In this document: positions 43,001-50,951 of the stretch, piece after piece
Layout of the letters: each line of letters opens with the position of its first letter
How positions within the stretch are numbered: the stretch's first letter is position 1
Translations under genes and position numbers: made by a program
The notes under the pieces: model-generated
The model's input: only the letters and a program-made list of their open reading frames with translations
Database searches by the model: none
What the model was told of the DNA's origin: nothing
NCBI GenBank assembly: GCA_963667145.1
Contig: OY762943.1
Coordinates: forward strand, 1,236,251-1,300,250
Direction of reading: 5' to 3'
Length of the DNA stretch: 64,000 bases
DNA from: Candidatus Cloacimonadota bacterium
GTDB lineage: Bacteria > Cloacimonadota > Cloacimonadia > G963667145

Positions 43001-43729
43001 AAAAGAGTATGACCCGTCTTCTCCAGCTACAATTGTGTCGATAGTGGGTCCGCTCAAAACTATTGTGGCACCACTATAAACTCCTCCGATAGATTTTTTA
43101 AGCACGCCAGATATTGAGTAGGTTTTGGTAATAGTAAAGTCGTTTCCAGAGCTGTCTGCTCCACTCAGGATGATATGTTTTTCAGTTTCCGAGGAAATGT
43201 AAGTGTCTGGCACAGTCAAGGTTACAGTGTATGAGCCGTCAGCTAAGTTGGGGAAAGAATACGTGCCGTCACTTGCTGTAGTTGTGGTGGCACTGGAAGC
43301 TCCGCTTAGCGTTACAGTTGCCCCGCTGTATTTTTCTCCAGTGGATGTGGAGACTGTGCCTGATATGGAATAGAGGCTTTTAATGATAAAGTTGTTGTTG
43401 GTACTGTTAGCACCGCTCAATAACACTGTTTTTGTAGTTGTATCGGAAACATAATCACTAGGAACGGTAAGAGTTAATGTGAAAGAGCCTGTTGGAAGAT
43501 TTTTAAAAGAGTAATTGCCAAGGCTATCAGTCGTAATGCTAGCGGATTTGGAATTGTTGCTCAAAGTTATGGTGGCACCTTTGTATGCTACTCCTTCAGA
43601 AGTTTTGACCACACCAGAAATTACATAACTGTAAGAATTGTAGGAGCTTACAGTCGTTTCATAGTTAGTGCAAGAAAGCAAAAGAATAATGAAAAACAAG
43701 ATAAATAAAAAAATATTTCTTTTTTTCAT
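37064..43729 (-). CDS. Giant (~2221 aa) surface lipoprotein: about 17 tandem Ig-like/Cna-B (CarboxypepD_reg-like) domains plus a C-terminal ~500-aa array of DUF285-type 26-aa repeats
   Basis: The start is chosen at ATG 43729 (MKKRNIFLFILFFIILLLSCTNY, a lipobox). The tandem modules run YSISGxVxTSTGxxYxGATxTLSG...GxYSFxxLxxGxYTVTLTxPxxY. The C-terminal units run FNQDISNWDVSxVxDMSxMFxxAxxFN. The DNA carries near-identical tandem repeats of about 500-560 bp (e.g. around 40120, 40640, 41130). Confidence 0.75.
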   Translation of the reverse strand: MKKRNIFLFILFFIILLLSCTNYETTVSSYNSYSYVISGVVKTSEGVAYKGATITLSNNSKSASITTDSLGNYSFKNLPTGSFTLTLTVPSDYVSDTTTKTVLLSGANSTNNNFIIKSLYSISGTVSTSTGEKYSGATVTLSGASSATTTTASDGTYSFPNLADGSYTVTLTVPDTYISSETEKHIILSGADSSGNDFTITKTYSISGVLKKSIGGVYSGATIVLSGPTIDTIVAGEDGSYSFTVTQNGDYTITVLLPEDKTETITVKMENNNTTGNDITITVVTYTISGNVTTSTGSKYQNATLTLFDSSSTALSSDTTDANGSYSFAGIEAGTYTVKLTVPNNYTATTTTKSVTLSNADSTGNDFTITEKTYTVSGAVNISPSGASYNNGATLTLYNSSANSIASTTSTSDGSYSFIGLVAGNYTVKLTNPSGYFSKDTTLSITISNANITGQNFTIWEYHTVSGKVTGHSNDTLRLSGNTNANTVFADTTVTDGSGNYSFNAIDGNYTLTLTIPSTYIADDTTETITISGGNITKDFNLTPTYTISGNIKLNGSNFTGSADVTISGGSLTVNKTITTTNGAYSFSGLTTGNYTVTLSTPSGYYCANTTINISSLSANTPDQDFTLAPTYSIGGTITGYSSETVTVTLTDYANNQVHQATPNGNGGTYTFAGLIKDSTYTITLTIPDNYIADDTTETYTVTGPIPKNFKLTPVYSISGKVNISPSGTYNGATLTLYNSSADSIASITSTSDGSYSFSGLEAGNYIVTLSTPNGYYSANTTINVSLLSGNIPNQDFTIWEYHTVSGKVTGHSNDTLRLSGNTNAGTFFADTTATDGSGNYSFKAINGTYDLTLTIPENYIADDTIETITISGSDVAKNFNLTPTYTISGNVKLDGSNFTGSADVTISGGSLTTNKTIPTTNGAYFFSGLVAGNYTVTLSTPSNYYSADTTINVSSLSGDIPNQDFTIWEYHTVSGKVSGHGSDTIRLSGNTNAGTFFADTTVTDGSGNYSFKAINGTYDLTLTIPENYIADDTTATITISGGNVTKDFYLTPIYSISGNVKLNGSNFTGSANVTISGGSLTANKTIPTTNGAYFFSGLVAGNYTVTLSTPSNYYSADTTINVSSLSGDIPNQDFTIWEYHTVSGKVTGHSNDTLRLSGNTNAGTFFADTTVTDGSGNYSFKAINGTYDLTLTIPENYIADDTTKSITVNNADSTNNNFNLTQTYNISGTVTAPANNDEKIANATLTLSFGGNQIATATTDINGEYKFSGVLGSSTGNTYTITLSTPSDYFVTDSAPTTIIYSNDKTINFTLWKKYTVSGKVTGHGNDTVRLSGTTTILTDFADTTVTDENGNYSFKAINGTYNLTLTIPENYIAVDTTKSIPIDNADSTGNDFTLIPTYSILGKVNILSGSNTSDYTDGAYLTLYNSSADSIASTTSIGDGSYSFSGLVTGDYTVKLTNPTGYFTKDTTLSITISNDNVTGQNFTIQKTYSIKGSILNYGGVTLTLSGDSSATLTGVSGNYSFDGLVSGKYHVTIDIPEDWIANDTTLDIDINEADSTGNDFTLTQTYFISGEVSNGATGEKYENATLKLYFVVPGVSKDSVATTTTASDGSYKFSGITTTGSYEVRLTTPSGYYAPTTTISVSLTSSNISWKNFAIWKYHTVSGKVTGHGSDTLRLSGTSNTSPIVDFNDTVTTDANGDYAFNVLNGSYNVTLTIPNSYIADDTTKSITVSNADSTNNNFNLTPTYSISGKVSTVTGATYKGATITLSGSSNKTTTTGDRGIYSFSGLLAGTYTVALTVPTDYDATTATSLSSIAVNTTNGDSTGNNFTIRMTIPAITIEDLRTKIANGENVEKVNTSEITDMSRLFKDNGNFDQNISNWDVSRVKDMSFMFYGDTLFNQDLSNWKVDSVTNMSNMFTDAKAFNGDISGWDVSKVTDMTSMFCRAQSFNADITGWTVSSVKNMRYMFFENTTFNQEIGGWDVSNVEDMGYMFGGDDTIKCCKAFNQNLNNWNVSKVKAMDGMFKFASSFNGKISNWDVSNDTTMCGMFFGATAFNDSIGNWGTKTSNVNDMSYMFYQASSFNQDISSWDVGKVTTMAAMFRETPFNQDIGGWNVINVKDMSSLFYGNTAFNGNIGNWKEKTANVENMSWMFTGARGFDQDISDWNLSKVNNMEYMFNGASIFNQNLINWNTWTQFLPTPPGFDTNANAWLLANKPAFSN

Positions 43730-43867
43730 CTTAAAACATGCCCCCGCTAAATTCACAACCTTTCGTAAAACAATTTCAAATTCAATTTACACAATCCAAT
43801 GTTACTATTGGTGTAAAAAAATCAACAAAAATTATAATTTTTTGTAAGATTGTTTGGAATTTTTTGT

Positions 43868-45037
43868 CTACAGCCCTCTGCTATCAAGTTCAATGGGATA
43901 GGCAAATTCAAAGAAGATTTTGTTTTCGCTGTCGGTTCTGCCGTAAGTGAATTGGACATTTACGTTAATTGGAGGCTGAAAATAAAATTCCACACCGCAT
44001 CCGTACGCAAATTTATTGGTGTTGTCATCAAAATTTGAGCCCCAAGTTTTTATCCCATCCACGAAGATTAGCGGAGAGATGAATTTGCTCATATCCCAAA
44101 ATAAGTCGAAAGAGAGCAGAGTGGAGTTTAAGCTGTATTTTTGTGAATTTAATTCCGATCTGAATTTTTTGCTGCCTTCGTTATTTTCGTAATTAGTCAA
44201 TTTTCCTGTGTTTTTGTTAAAGTGTGAATATAGGCGTGTTCGGTTTCTAAAGTTTTCAGCCCATTGGGAATAGCAAAAGTATTCACTGTTGATGCCATCG
44301 TAGGAGGCATCTTTGAATTTCAACTCTGATTTGAAAAAATTGCCTTTGGTGGTTTTGATGATTTTGTCTCTTGTGTCTATGCAGAAGTATGGATTTATGC
44401 TGAAAGAGTTATCTTCCAAGGTGCGGTTGTCACTTTCGGAATTTTGCAATTTTGCTTTGCTTCCTAAGTAATAGAAATCTCTCAATTTAATTCGCAAATC
44501 TATGTCGTAGTAAATTTTGTCTATGTTTTGATTTTTGATTTCTTCTTCGGATTTACAGGCTTGAAATCCTAAGGAAGCAAACTTGCTAATTGGTTGCCAA
44601 GCACTGAGTTGCACAAAGTTTTTGCCTGCTTCCACTCCGACAAATATTCCTCGATTAAACAAATTGTTCATTCCCAAAAATAGGGGATGTGTGCCTCCGC
44701 CAATTCGCGGACGAAAGCCGTCTTCTAGTTCGATAATTATTTTTACGACAGAGGTGTCTTTTGCGATTTGATAAATTTCGACTTTGTAAAAAAATCCCAG
44801 CTCGATTAATCTTTGTTTGCTGTTTTCGATTTTGTGTTGCAAACTCAGGATGTCATAGTAAGCATTTTCTCGAATAGGAATGTGGTAAAGCACAGCGTCT
44901 TTTGCCATTTTCGTTTTCCCACAAACTTTTATTTTATCGACAAGCAAAGTTTTGGCATAGCCAAGGTTTGCAGTTGTCAGCAAAATCAGAAAGAGCAATA
45001 GCTTAATCTTGCTTGAATGCAAGGATATGTTAGTCAT
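43868..45037 (-). CDS. Putative Omp85-family outer-membrane protein with an N-terminal POTRA-like domain
   Basis: Signal peptide KIKLLLFLILLTTANLGYA. There is a POTRA-like beta-alpha-alpha-beta-beta segment (LLVDKIKVCGKTKMAKDAVLYHIPIRENAYYDILSLQHKIENSKQRLIELGFFYKVEIYQIA...VKIIIEL). Alternating aromatic beta-strand patterns continue to the C-terminus (FAYGCGVEFYFQ...QFTYG). Its start overlaps the TPR gene stop by 8 bp. Confidence 0.5.
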   Translation of the reverse strand: MTNISLHSSKIKLLLFLILLTTANLGYAKTLLVDKIKVCGKTKMAKDAVLYHIPIRENAYYDILSLQHKIENSKQRLIELGFFYKVEIYQIAKDTSVVKIIIELEDGFRPRIGGGTHPLFLGMNNLFNRGIFVGVEAGKNFVQLSAWQPISKFASLGFQACKSEEEIKNQNIDKIYYDIDLRIKLRDFYYLGSKAKLQNSESDNRTLEDNSFSINPYFCIDTRDKIIKTTKGNFFKSELKFKDASYDGINSEYFCYSQWAENFRNRTRLYSHFNKNTGKLTNYENNEGSKKFRSELNSQKYSLNSTLLSFDLFWDMSKFISPLIFVDGIKTWGSNFDDNTNKFAYGCGVEFYFQPPINVNVQFTYGRTDSENKIFFEFAYPIELDSRGL

Positions 45038-45737
45038 CGAAAAACACCTCTAATTCTTTTTCTGCCAAGTCTTTGTAGTAATTAGTGGTTGAAATTGCAA
45101 TTGTTTTTTCCCAATACTCTTTGGCTTCCATCAGTTTCTTTTCACTCTTAAACATCTCTCCAGCAAAATAGTAAATAGCTTCTAACACACTGTTGTCAAA
45201 CCTATTAGGATTTTTGTTTGTTAGCTCTAGGAAGTATTTTACATCAGCAAAGAAAACCTCTTGGCGTTTGAAAAAATCTGGTAACGAGGGCGAATTATTC
45301 AAGCGAACCAGTCGCACATCGATATTGCTCTCGTCCATTGCCACAGCTGTGTCTATCAAGGCGATTCCTTGGTCAACAAATTTGATTTTGTTCAGCGGAT
45401 TTGCTGCGTCTCTGCCCATCAGAGTTCTGGCACTTCCCAAATATACCAGAGCCAAGGCGTTTTCTCTATCAAGTTCACAAGCTTTTTTCAGATAGTTGTG
45501 AGCAATTTCCGAGGTGGTTTGATTTCCTCCTACGCTGATGTTGTGGTAGGCAATTCCCAAGATGAGCAAAGCATTGGTGTCCTCAGGGTTATCTTGGAAT
45601 ATTTTTTCGTATTTTTCGGTTATTTTGTTCAACTCTTTTTCATCGTGCATGGAAGCTACGGAAGAAATTGTTAATTCATTTGCTAACAATAAAATAGACG
45701 AGAAAGATAGTAGCAGAATTAGATAAAATTTTTTCAT
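45030..45737 (-). CDS. Secreted TPR-repeat protein
   Basis: Signal peptide MKKFYLILLLSFSSILLLA. There are multiple TPR-like helical pairs (LLILGIAYHNISVGGN..., ALALVYLGSARTLMGRD...). Confidence 0.65.
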   Translation of the reverse strand: MKKFYLILLLSFSSILLLANELTISSVASMHDEKELNKITEKYEKIFQDNPEDTNALLILGIAYHNISVGGNQTTSEIAHNYLKKACELDRENALALVYLGSARTLMGRDAANPLNKIKFVDQGIALIDTAVAMDESNIDVRLVRLNNSPSLPDFFKRQEVFFADVKYFLELTNKNPNRFDNSVLEAIYYFAGEMFKSEKKLMEAKEYWEKTIAISTTNYYKDLAEKELEVFFDD

Positions 45738-45781
45738 AATTTATTTCCTTTCATAAATTAAGGTTAATTTGAGAAATATTT

Positions 45782-46969
45782 TTAGAAATAGTACAACAAC
45801 TTCAGATCACAATAGAGGCTGTAAAATGTTTGGTTGAACTCCGAATAGCTCTTCCCATTTTGCCAAGAGATGGTGGATTTTATTGAGTAGTCGTCGTTTA
45901 GGTTGTAGGTGTTTTCGTTGTAGAGCAGATAGGAAAAATCGTAAACATTGATTTTACTTCCGAAATTTGCATCAATCTTTTGGAGGATGTTTTGCTTGTT
46001 GAGGGAAATGCCGATGTAGTGTCTGCACAAATCTACGCGGTTTTTGTAAAGAGTTGCCAGATAACTTTTGCTAACTTGTCTGAAGATTTGGTCGCTTTCT
46101 ATTTTTCGGAAGAAATTGCCGTATTCAGCCTCTGAAAATCCGATTTGATTGTAATAGTACTCCAAAGTCATGTCGAAGTCGTTGGGCAACAAGGCTTTCA
46201 CTCCGAAAGTCGATTGAGCGTAAAATTTTTCGTTGTCCTCCGAATGGAGATAAGAGTAATACTTGGTTTCCTTTATGGAATATCTTTTTTCGGGCTGTGA
46301 GAGTTTGCTATCCAGTTGAAAAATGACGCTCTTAAATTTGGGATGAGAGTAGGAAGCACACAAGGTGTAATTTTGCAAATTGTCGCCGATGTCGTAGGTA
46401 GAGAGGAAGTTGAAGTTTAGGTTTTTGACGCTTTGGGACACGACAATTCCCGCAAGGTCTTTGTCTTGGTCAGCGAGGTTTTTGTAGGAAGAATTTTTGA
46501 GCTGTGGAATGTAAAACAGACTAATGGAGCGGTAAGTGATTTTCTCCATCCAGTAGCCACTGACCTCGTTTCGCGAGTACTTTTTGCTGTAAATATCGCC
46601 AAAATCCCAGTTCTCGGAATTGCTGTAAATCAAGGTGTTTTTCCCCTGAGAGAAAATCAAATTGTCGCACGGGAAGTATTCCAAATTGAGCGAATAGAGG
46701 TAGAGATTGTCTTTTTGTTCTTTCAAGTCGAACGAGTATTTTTCTCGGAAGTTGAAAAGCAACTTTTCGCTCAGGACAAAATCGCCTTGCAAGTCCCACG
46801 CCAATGGGTAATTGAATTTGTGGTCTTGGGTGTGGAAAAGGGAGTTGTCTTTTTGGTGCAGGTATTCCACGGGAATTTCAAGCGTGTTCAAAAAGGACAA
46901 ATCCACAGCTTGCAAAAGTGAAAAAAGGAGCAAGAAAACTGCACAAGTTTTTTTCATTTTTCCTCTCAA
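45782..46969 (-). CDS. Hypothetical outer-membrane beta-barrel-like protein (395 aa)
   Basis: It has a signal peptide, alternating aromatic/hydrophilic beta-strand patterning throughout, and the C-terminus ...LKLLYYF ends in an aromatic residue, as is typical of OMPs. Confidence 0.45.
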   Translation of the reverse strand: MRGKMKKTCAVFLLLFSLLQAVDLSFLNTLEIPVEYLHQKDNSLFHTQDHKFNYPLAWDLQGDFVLSEKLLFNFREKYSFDLKEQKDNLYLYSLNLEYFPCDNLIFSQGKNTLIYSNSENWDFGDIYSKKYSRNEVSGYWMEKITYRSISLFYIPQLKNSSYKNLADQDKDLAGIVVSQSVKNLNFNFLSTYDIGDNLQNYTLCASYSHPKFKSVIFQLDSKLSQPEKRYSIKETKYYSYLHSEDNEKFYAQSTFGVKALLPNDFDMTLEYYYNQIGFSEAEYGNFFRKIESDQIFRQVSKSYLATLYKNRVDLCRHYIGISLNKQNILQKIDANFGSKINVYDFSYLLYNENTYNLNDDYSIKSTISWQNGKSYSEFNQTFYSLYCDLKLLYYF

Positions 46970-46970
46970 C

Positions 46971-47711
46971 TCATCGAACGAATTTCAGATAAGACGGCTG
47001 AAAAATGTCGTCAGAATAATTTTTTTGCTTATCCGAGATGACCTGCATTTCGTAGTAGCCGTCTTTGTTGAGGATGTTGTTGCCACGCATCTTTTTGGGC
47101 ATATCGTTCACATAGTCGCGATAGAAGGCTGTGCCGAACAAAATCCCGCTTTTGGTGTAGTTTTCCACTTTCAAGAGTTTTCCCTTATCGACGGAATTTT
47201 CTATGGTGAAGTAGGAAACTTTTTTGTAGAAAGCGGGCTTTTTTCCTTCCTTGGCGGAAAACTCGATTACCAAAGTGTCTGCATTTTGCCTCAGCAATTT
47301 GTAGTGGTAGTTTTCCAAAAGTGGCGGAGTCATTATTTCGCCGATGACCACACCGCCAAACATTCCACTGCGGGGCGAAATCCGCGAATATTTTTTTGCC
47401 TTGGGGAAGTAGATGTAGTAGGAGTTGTCTTTTTGCAGGAAGACCTTGCCCTTTTGCTTTTTTGGAGACAGGAATACAGTTAGCGTGTTGCTTCCCTTGG
47501 TCATCAACTTCAGCTTCACGGTGCTTTTGATTTCGCCGTTTTTGTCCATTTCGTCGGTTTGGAGTATTCGCTCGAAAGAGTAATATTTTTTTTCAATTTC
47601 GCCAATTCTCTTCACGGCTCGTTCCAAAAGCTCCTTTTTGTCCATTTGGTTTTGGGCGAAGAGGCAACTTCCCGCAAGCACCAACGATGCCAAAAATATT
47701 TTCTTAATCAT
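46971..47711 (-). CDS. LolA-like/outer-membrane lipoprotein-sorting-like periplasmic protein
   Basis: 246 aa with a signal peptide (MIKKIFLASLVLAGSCLFAQ). Its size and beta-rich profile, and the gene order directly downstream of an FtsX/MacB-type permease, match LolA-like proteins found with such ABC systems. There is no strong motif proof. Confidence 0.45.
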   Translation of the reverse strand: MIKKIFLASLVLAGSCLFAQNQMDKKELLERAVKRIGEIEKKYYSFERILQTDEMDKNGEIKSTVKLKLMTKGSNTLTVFLSPKKQKGKVFLQKDNSYYIYFPKAKKYSRISPRSGMFGGVVIGEIMTPPLLENYHYKLLRQNADTLVIEFSAKEGKKPAFYKKVSYFTIENSVDKGKLLKVENYTKSGILFGTAFYRDYVNDMPKKMRGNNILNKDGYYEMQVISDKQKNYSDDIFQPSYLKFVR

Positions 47712-48948
47712 ATCTTAGCCCTTCCACGATATTTATTTTGGTGGATTTTACAGCAGGAATGATGCTCCCGAAAATTCCCAAGAAGATGTTTAAGACGATG
47801 ATTTTCAGAGACATAGCGAATGTGGTGATTACCATAAATGGCGTTCCTTCCGATTGTCCCGGGAATGGAGGCAAAATGACGTCGGAAAAGTTGATGATGA
47901 TGGCGGAGATTTTTGCCAAGATTATTCCGAGAATTCCTCCGAAAATGCAGATGAAGCATCCTTCCAAGATGATGAGCAAGAAGATGGACGATTTGCCGAT
48001 GCCGATAGATTTCATAGTGGCGATTTCGCGGGTTCGCTCCATGATGGACATGAAAATGGTGTTGGAGACCAGCACGATGATGAGGATGACCAACATGATG
48101 GTGACAATGCCGAGGATGTTGTCGAACATCTGTGTAACTTGGCGGAATTCTTTGGCGAGCTGAAGCCACGATTTTATTTCCATATCCAAATTGTTTTTCT
48201 TGAATTCGCTTTGCAGGAAGCTCGTTACAGCTGGAATATCGTCTCGGCTATCCAAAAGCACGGGCATGGAATGGATGTTCTCCGTGAGTGTGATGTCTTT
48301 GGTCAAATCCAAATTCGTCAGAATCAAAATCTCGTTGATGGCATCGATGGAATAGTCGGCAACTCCGCGGACTTTCGCTGCCACAGCCTCAAAAGAGTTG
48401 TCAACGCTTTGTCCCATCAGCAAGACCTCATCGCCGAGGTTCAGCTCCATTTTTCTCGCCATATCTATGGGAACGACCACGCCAGTTTTTTCTTTTTCGG
48501 ACAAGGGTTTGCCATTCTTGATGTTGGAGTCTCCATAGGAACTGCTGTTGAACGAAGCCATCATTTTTTCTTTTTTGGGTTGCATACCTTGTGCAAAAAA
48601 CATCTTGGAAGTGGTTTCTGTGCCGATGAGTCCGACAAGATTTACCCGCTCCAGAGAAAGCAAAATCTTATCGTTATTTTTGCAGATTTCGTAAATTTTG
48701 GCTTTCTCTTCTGGAGTGATGGAATTTTTGAACGAGGTGTTTTCTCCGTCCAAATAGCCACTTTTGAAGATTTGCAAATGTCCGTATTGGAAGTGGATGA
48801 GTGCGTCCGACCAAAAGTAGTTTCGGGCGTTGTTGTAGCCAGCAAAGGTGAGCAGACAGGCGGAACTGATGATGACACTGAGCATAGTCAGCAAAGTTCG
48901 GCGTTTGTTGCGGAAGATATTTCTGAGGGCTAATTTTAGCAGTTTCAT
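47704..48948 (-). CDS. ABC transporter permease, FtsX/MacB/LolCE family (TM1 + ~220-aa periplasmic domain + 3 TM)
   Basis: The N-terminus MKLLKLALRNIFRNKRRTLLTMLSVIISSACLL is followed by a long soluble domain and a C-terminal FtsX-like TM bundle (...MSIMERTREIATMKSIGIGKSSIFLLIILEG...). Confidence 0.85.
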   Translation of the reverse strand: MKLLKLALRNIFRNKRRTLLTMLSVIISSACLLTFAGYNNARNYFWSDALIHFQYGHLQIFKSGYLDGENTSFKNSITPEEKAKIYEICKNNDKILLSLERVNLVGLIGTETTSKMFFAQGMQPKKEKMMASFNSSSYGDSNIKNGKPLSEKEKTGVVVPIDMARKMELNLGDEVLLMGQSVDNSFEAVAAKVRGVADYSIDAINEILILTNLDLTKDITLTENIHSMPVLLDSRDDIPAVTSFLQSEFKKNNLDMEIKSWLQLAKEFRQVTQMFDNILGIVTIMLVILIIVLVSNTIFMSIMERTREIATMKSIGIGKSSIFLLIILEGCFICIFGGILGIILAKISAIIINFSDVILPPFPGQSEGTPFMVITTFAMSLKIIVLNIFLGIFGSIIPAVKSTKINIVEGLRYD

Positions 48949-49691
48949 TTTTCTTCTATCTCCTTTTTTATCTCTTCCATTTCCAGATAGAAGTCGGGTT
49001 TGCTCGGCAAATCGTTGGGAATTCTGCTGAAGTAGAGCAGAGCTTTCTCATCGTTTTTGATTTCTTGGTGATAAAATTTTCCCACAAAGAAGTTGATAAG
49101 TGCTTGGCTGTAAAGGGCGTTCAGATAGGCGTTCGTGTTTTGTCTATTTTGCAATAGTTCATCGAACCAAGCGTTGGTCATCTCGTAATCTTCCAAAATT
49201 GTTTCCTCGAAATCGTAGTATTTTTTGGGATAATTGACCAGTGAGGAAAGGCGATAGAAGCGGATTTCGGGATTTTCCATATCTCTTATCACGGCTTTGT
49301 TGAGTAGTTTGATGGCTTTTTTGGAACTGAAGATGACAAAGGGGAAATGGTCGTATTGCAGATTGATGGAGTTGATGAAGCCAGCGAAAGCCAAATAAAT
49401 CGGCTGTTTGTTCTTCTCCGTGAAATTTTCCATCAAGTCCTTGGCTTGGCGAATACATTTTTTGTAATCTTTGTCCGATTGCAAATTCATATTACTGCTC
49501 TGGTCGGTGAAATTGTAGTAGCAATTCAGAGCCTGCAGAAAGTCGTGATTGTCGCTTTCTTTCTCGATTGTCATCTCTCTCAGCTGAAAAGCAGTGGGAA
49601 TTTCAAAATTGGGTTTGTCCATTGCATAAGCTGTTGAAAAGCAGACAAATAAAAGTAAACTGATTATGCTTATTTTGAAAAATTTGTTCAT
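48945..49691 (-). CDS. Hypothetical secreted alpha-helical protein (248 aa)
   Basis: Signal peptide MNKFFKISIISLLLFVCFSTAYA. It is embedded between the ATPase and permease genes, with stop and start overlaps on both sides. Confidence 0.45.
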   Translation of the reverse strand: MNKFFKISIISLLLFVCFSTAYAMDKPNFEIPTAFQLREMTIEKESDNHDFLQALNCYYNFTDQSSNMNLQSDKDYKKCIRQAKDLMENFTEKNKQPIYLAFAGFINSINLQYDHFPFVIFSSKKAIKLLNKAVIRDMENPEIRFYRLSSLVNYPKKYYDFEETILEDYEMTNAWFDELLQNRQNTNAYLNALYSQALINFFVGKFYHQEIKNDEKALLYFSRIPNDLPSKPDFYLEMEEIKKEIEEK

Positions 49692-49692
49692 C

Positions 49693-50373
49693 TTAGTTTC
49701 CTCCTTGGTTTATGTTGCCGTCTTTGAGGTGAATTTTGTTTTCGATTTTCGCCAAAAGCTCCGTGTCGTGCGAGGCGATGATGAATGTGGTGTCGTGGAG
49801 TTTGGCTTCTTTTTGCAAGAGCTTGAGCATTATTTGGCTGGTTTTGGAGTCCAAACTCGCAGTCGGTTCGTCCGCCAGTACCAAAAGCGGTTTTCGCACC
49901 AAGGCTCTGGCTATGGCAACGCGTTGTTGTTGACCGCCCGAGAGTTGCTTGGGAAATCTGTTTTTGAGTTCCAAGATTTCCAATTGCTCCAAAAGGTCGT
50001 GGATTCTGTTTTTTTTCTCTTCGTGCGAGATAGATGAGTGCCAGAGCGGAAGTTCCACATTTTCGTAAACATTCAGAGTTGGAATGAGGTTGAAAGATTG
50101 GAAGATGAAGCCGACCTTATTTCTTCGGAAATCCGACAGATAGCTCTCTTTGCATTTGGAGATTTCTTCATCTTCAAAGAGATATGAGCCAGACGAGCAA
50201 TTGTCTAAGCATCCTAAGATGTTGAGCAAGGTAGATTTCCCTGAGCCCGAGGGTCCTATTACGGCGACAAACTCTCCTTTGGCGATTTGCAGGTTGACGC
50301 CTTTGAGAGCAGGAACGGAGATGGTTTTGCTTAAAGTGTAGTCTTTTTTGATGTTTCTAAGTGACAGCAGCAT
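49693..50373 (-). CDS. ABC transporter ATP-binding protein (MacB/LolD-like)
   Basis: GPSGSGKST, Q-loop, LSGGQQQRVAIARAL, LVLADEPTASLD, H-loop. Confidence 0.9.
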   Translation of the reverse strand: MLLSLRNIKKDYTLSKTISVPALKGVNLQIAKGEFVAVIGPSGSGKSTLLNILGCLDNCSSGSYLFEDEEISKCKESYLSDFRRNKVGFIFQSFNLIPTLNVYENVELPLWHSSISHEEKKNRIHDLLEQLEILELKNRFPKQLSGGQQQRVAIARALVRKPLLVLADEPTASLDSKTSQIMLKLLQKEAKLHDTTFIIASHDTELLAKIENKIHLKDGNINQGGN

Positions 50374-50376
50374 AAT

Positions 50377-50643
50377 TTATTCCTCCCTTTCCAGTTTTGC
50401 TAACTCTTTTGCCAACATTTTCTTTTTCAAGTTTGTGCTTCCGAAGACGTCAAAGGTGTTGATGAAGTGGAAGAACAAGCCAATTCCCCAACCGAAGAGC
50501 GGATAAATCGCCCAAAAATGTCCGTAATAATTGAGCGAATTGAAAACTATCAAAAATGTGTTTACTATTAAGTACACGAGAAGGTGGGTGTAAAATGAAA
50601 GCTTGTTTTCCACAATCTTCTCGGCTTTTTGTTTGTTGTTCAT
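50377..50643 (-). CDS. 2TM-domain small membrane protein
   Basis: 88 aa with two hydrophobic helices and a C-terminal charged coiled tail (KKKMLAKELAKLEREE). It lies immediately downstream of the PadR gene, a common PadR-2TM pairing. Confidence 0.6.
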   Translation of the reverse strand: MNNKQKAEKIVENKLSFYTHLLVYLIVNTFLIVFNSLNYYGHFWAIYPLFGWGIGLFFHFINTFDVFGSTNLKKKMLAKELAKLEREE

Positions 50644-50657
50644 AAAAATTCTCCTTC

Positions 50658-50951
50658 TTAATTCAAAAGGCTTTCCAGCGTTTTCACGTATTGAGCAAAG
50701 TCGTCTCTGCCCTTATTGGTCAGGGAATAGTAGGTCGCCGGCTTCCTATCGATGAACTTTTTTTCCACGTGGATGTATTCGGCTTCCTCCAGTTTCTTCA
50801 GGTGAACGGAGAGGTTGCCGTCGCTGGCTTTGGTTTGCTTTTTCAGAAAATTGAAATCCGCTTTTTCCACTCCTATCAAAATGGACATAATCGCCAAACG
50901 GATACGCGAGTGGATGAGGTTGTTGATTTTTTGATAATCAAAGCTCGGCAT
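50658..50951 (-). CDS. PadR-family transcriptional regulator
   Basis: The winged HTH LIHSRIRLAIMSILIGVEKADFNFLKKQTKASDGNLSVHLKKLEEAEYI matches PadR. The start is chosen at MPSFDYQK. Confidence 0.8.
   Translation of the reverse strand: MPSFDYQKINNLIHSRIRLAIMSILIGVEKADFNFLKKQTKASDGNLSVHLKKLEEAEYIHVEKKFIDRKPATYYSLTNKGRDDFAQYVKTLESLLN

Noticed and set aside
37172-43950. Many + strand ORFs (37172..38035, 38061..38318, 42231..42980, 43738..43950 and others) antisense to the giant lipoprotein gene
   Set aside because: They are antisense reading frames kept open by repetitive, low-stop composition. The proteins are low-complexity and lack starts with an RBS.
47708-48933. Track ORFs 47854..48933(+), 47738..48163(+) and 47708..48169(-), one of them 359 aa and extremely D/E/H-rich
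   Set aside because: All three overlap the FtsX permease gene in other frames. The extreme low-complexity composition is an antisense artefact, while the permease frame has clear family motifs.
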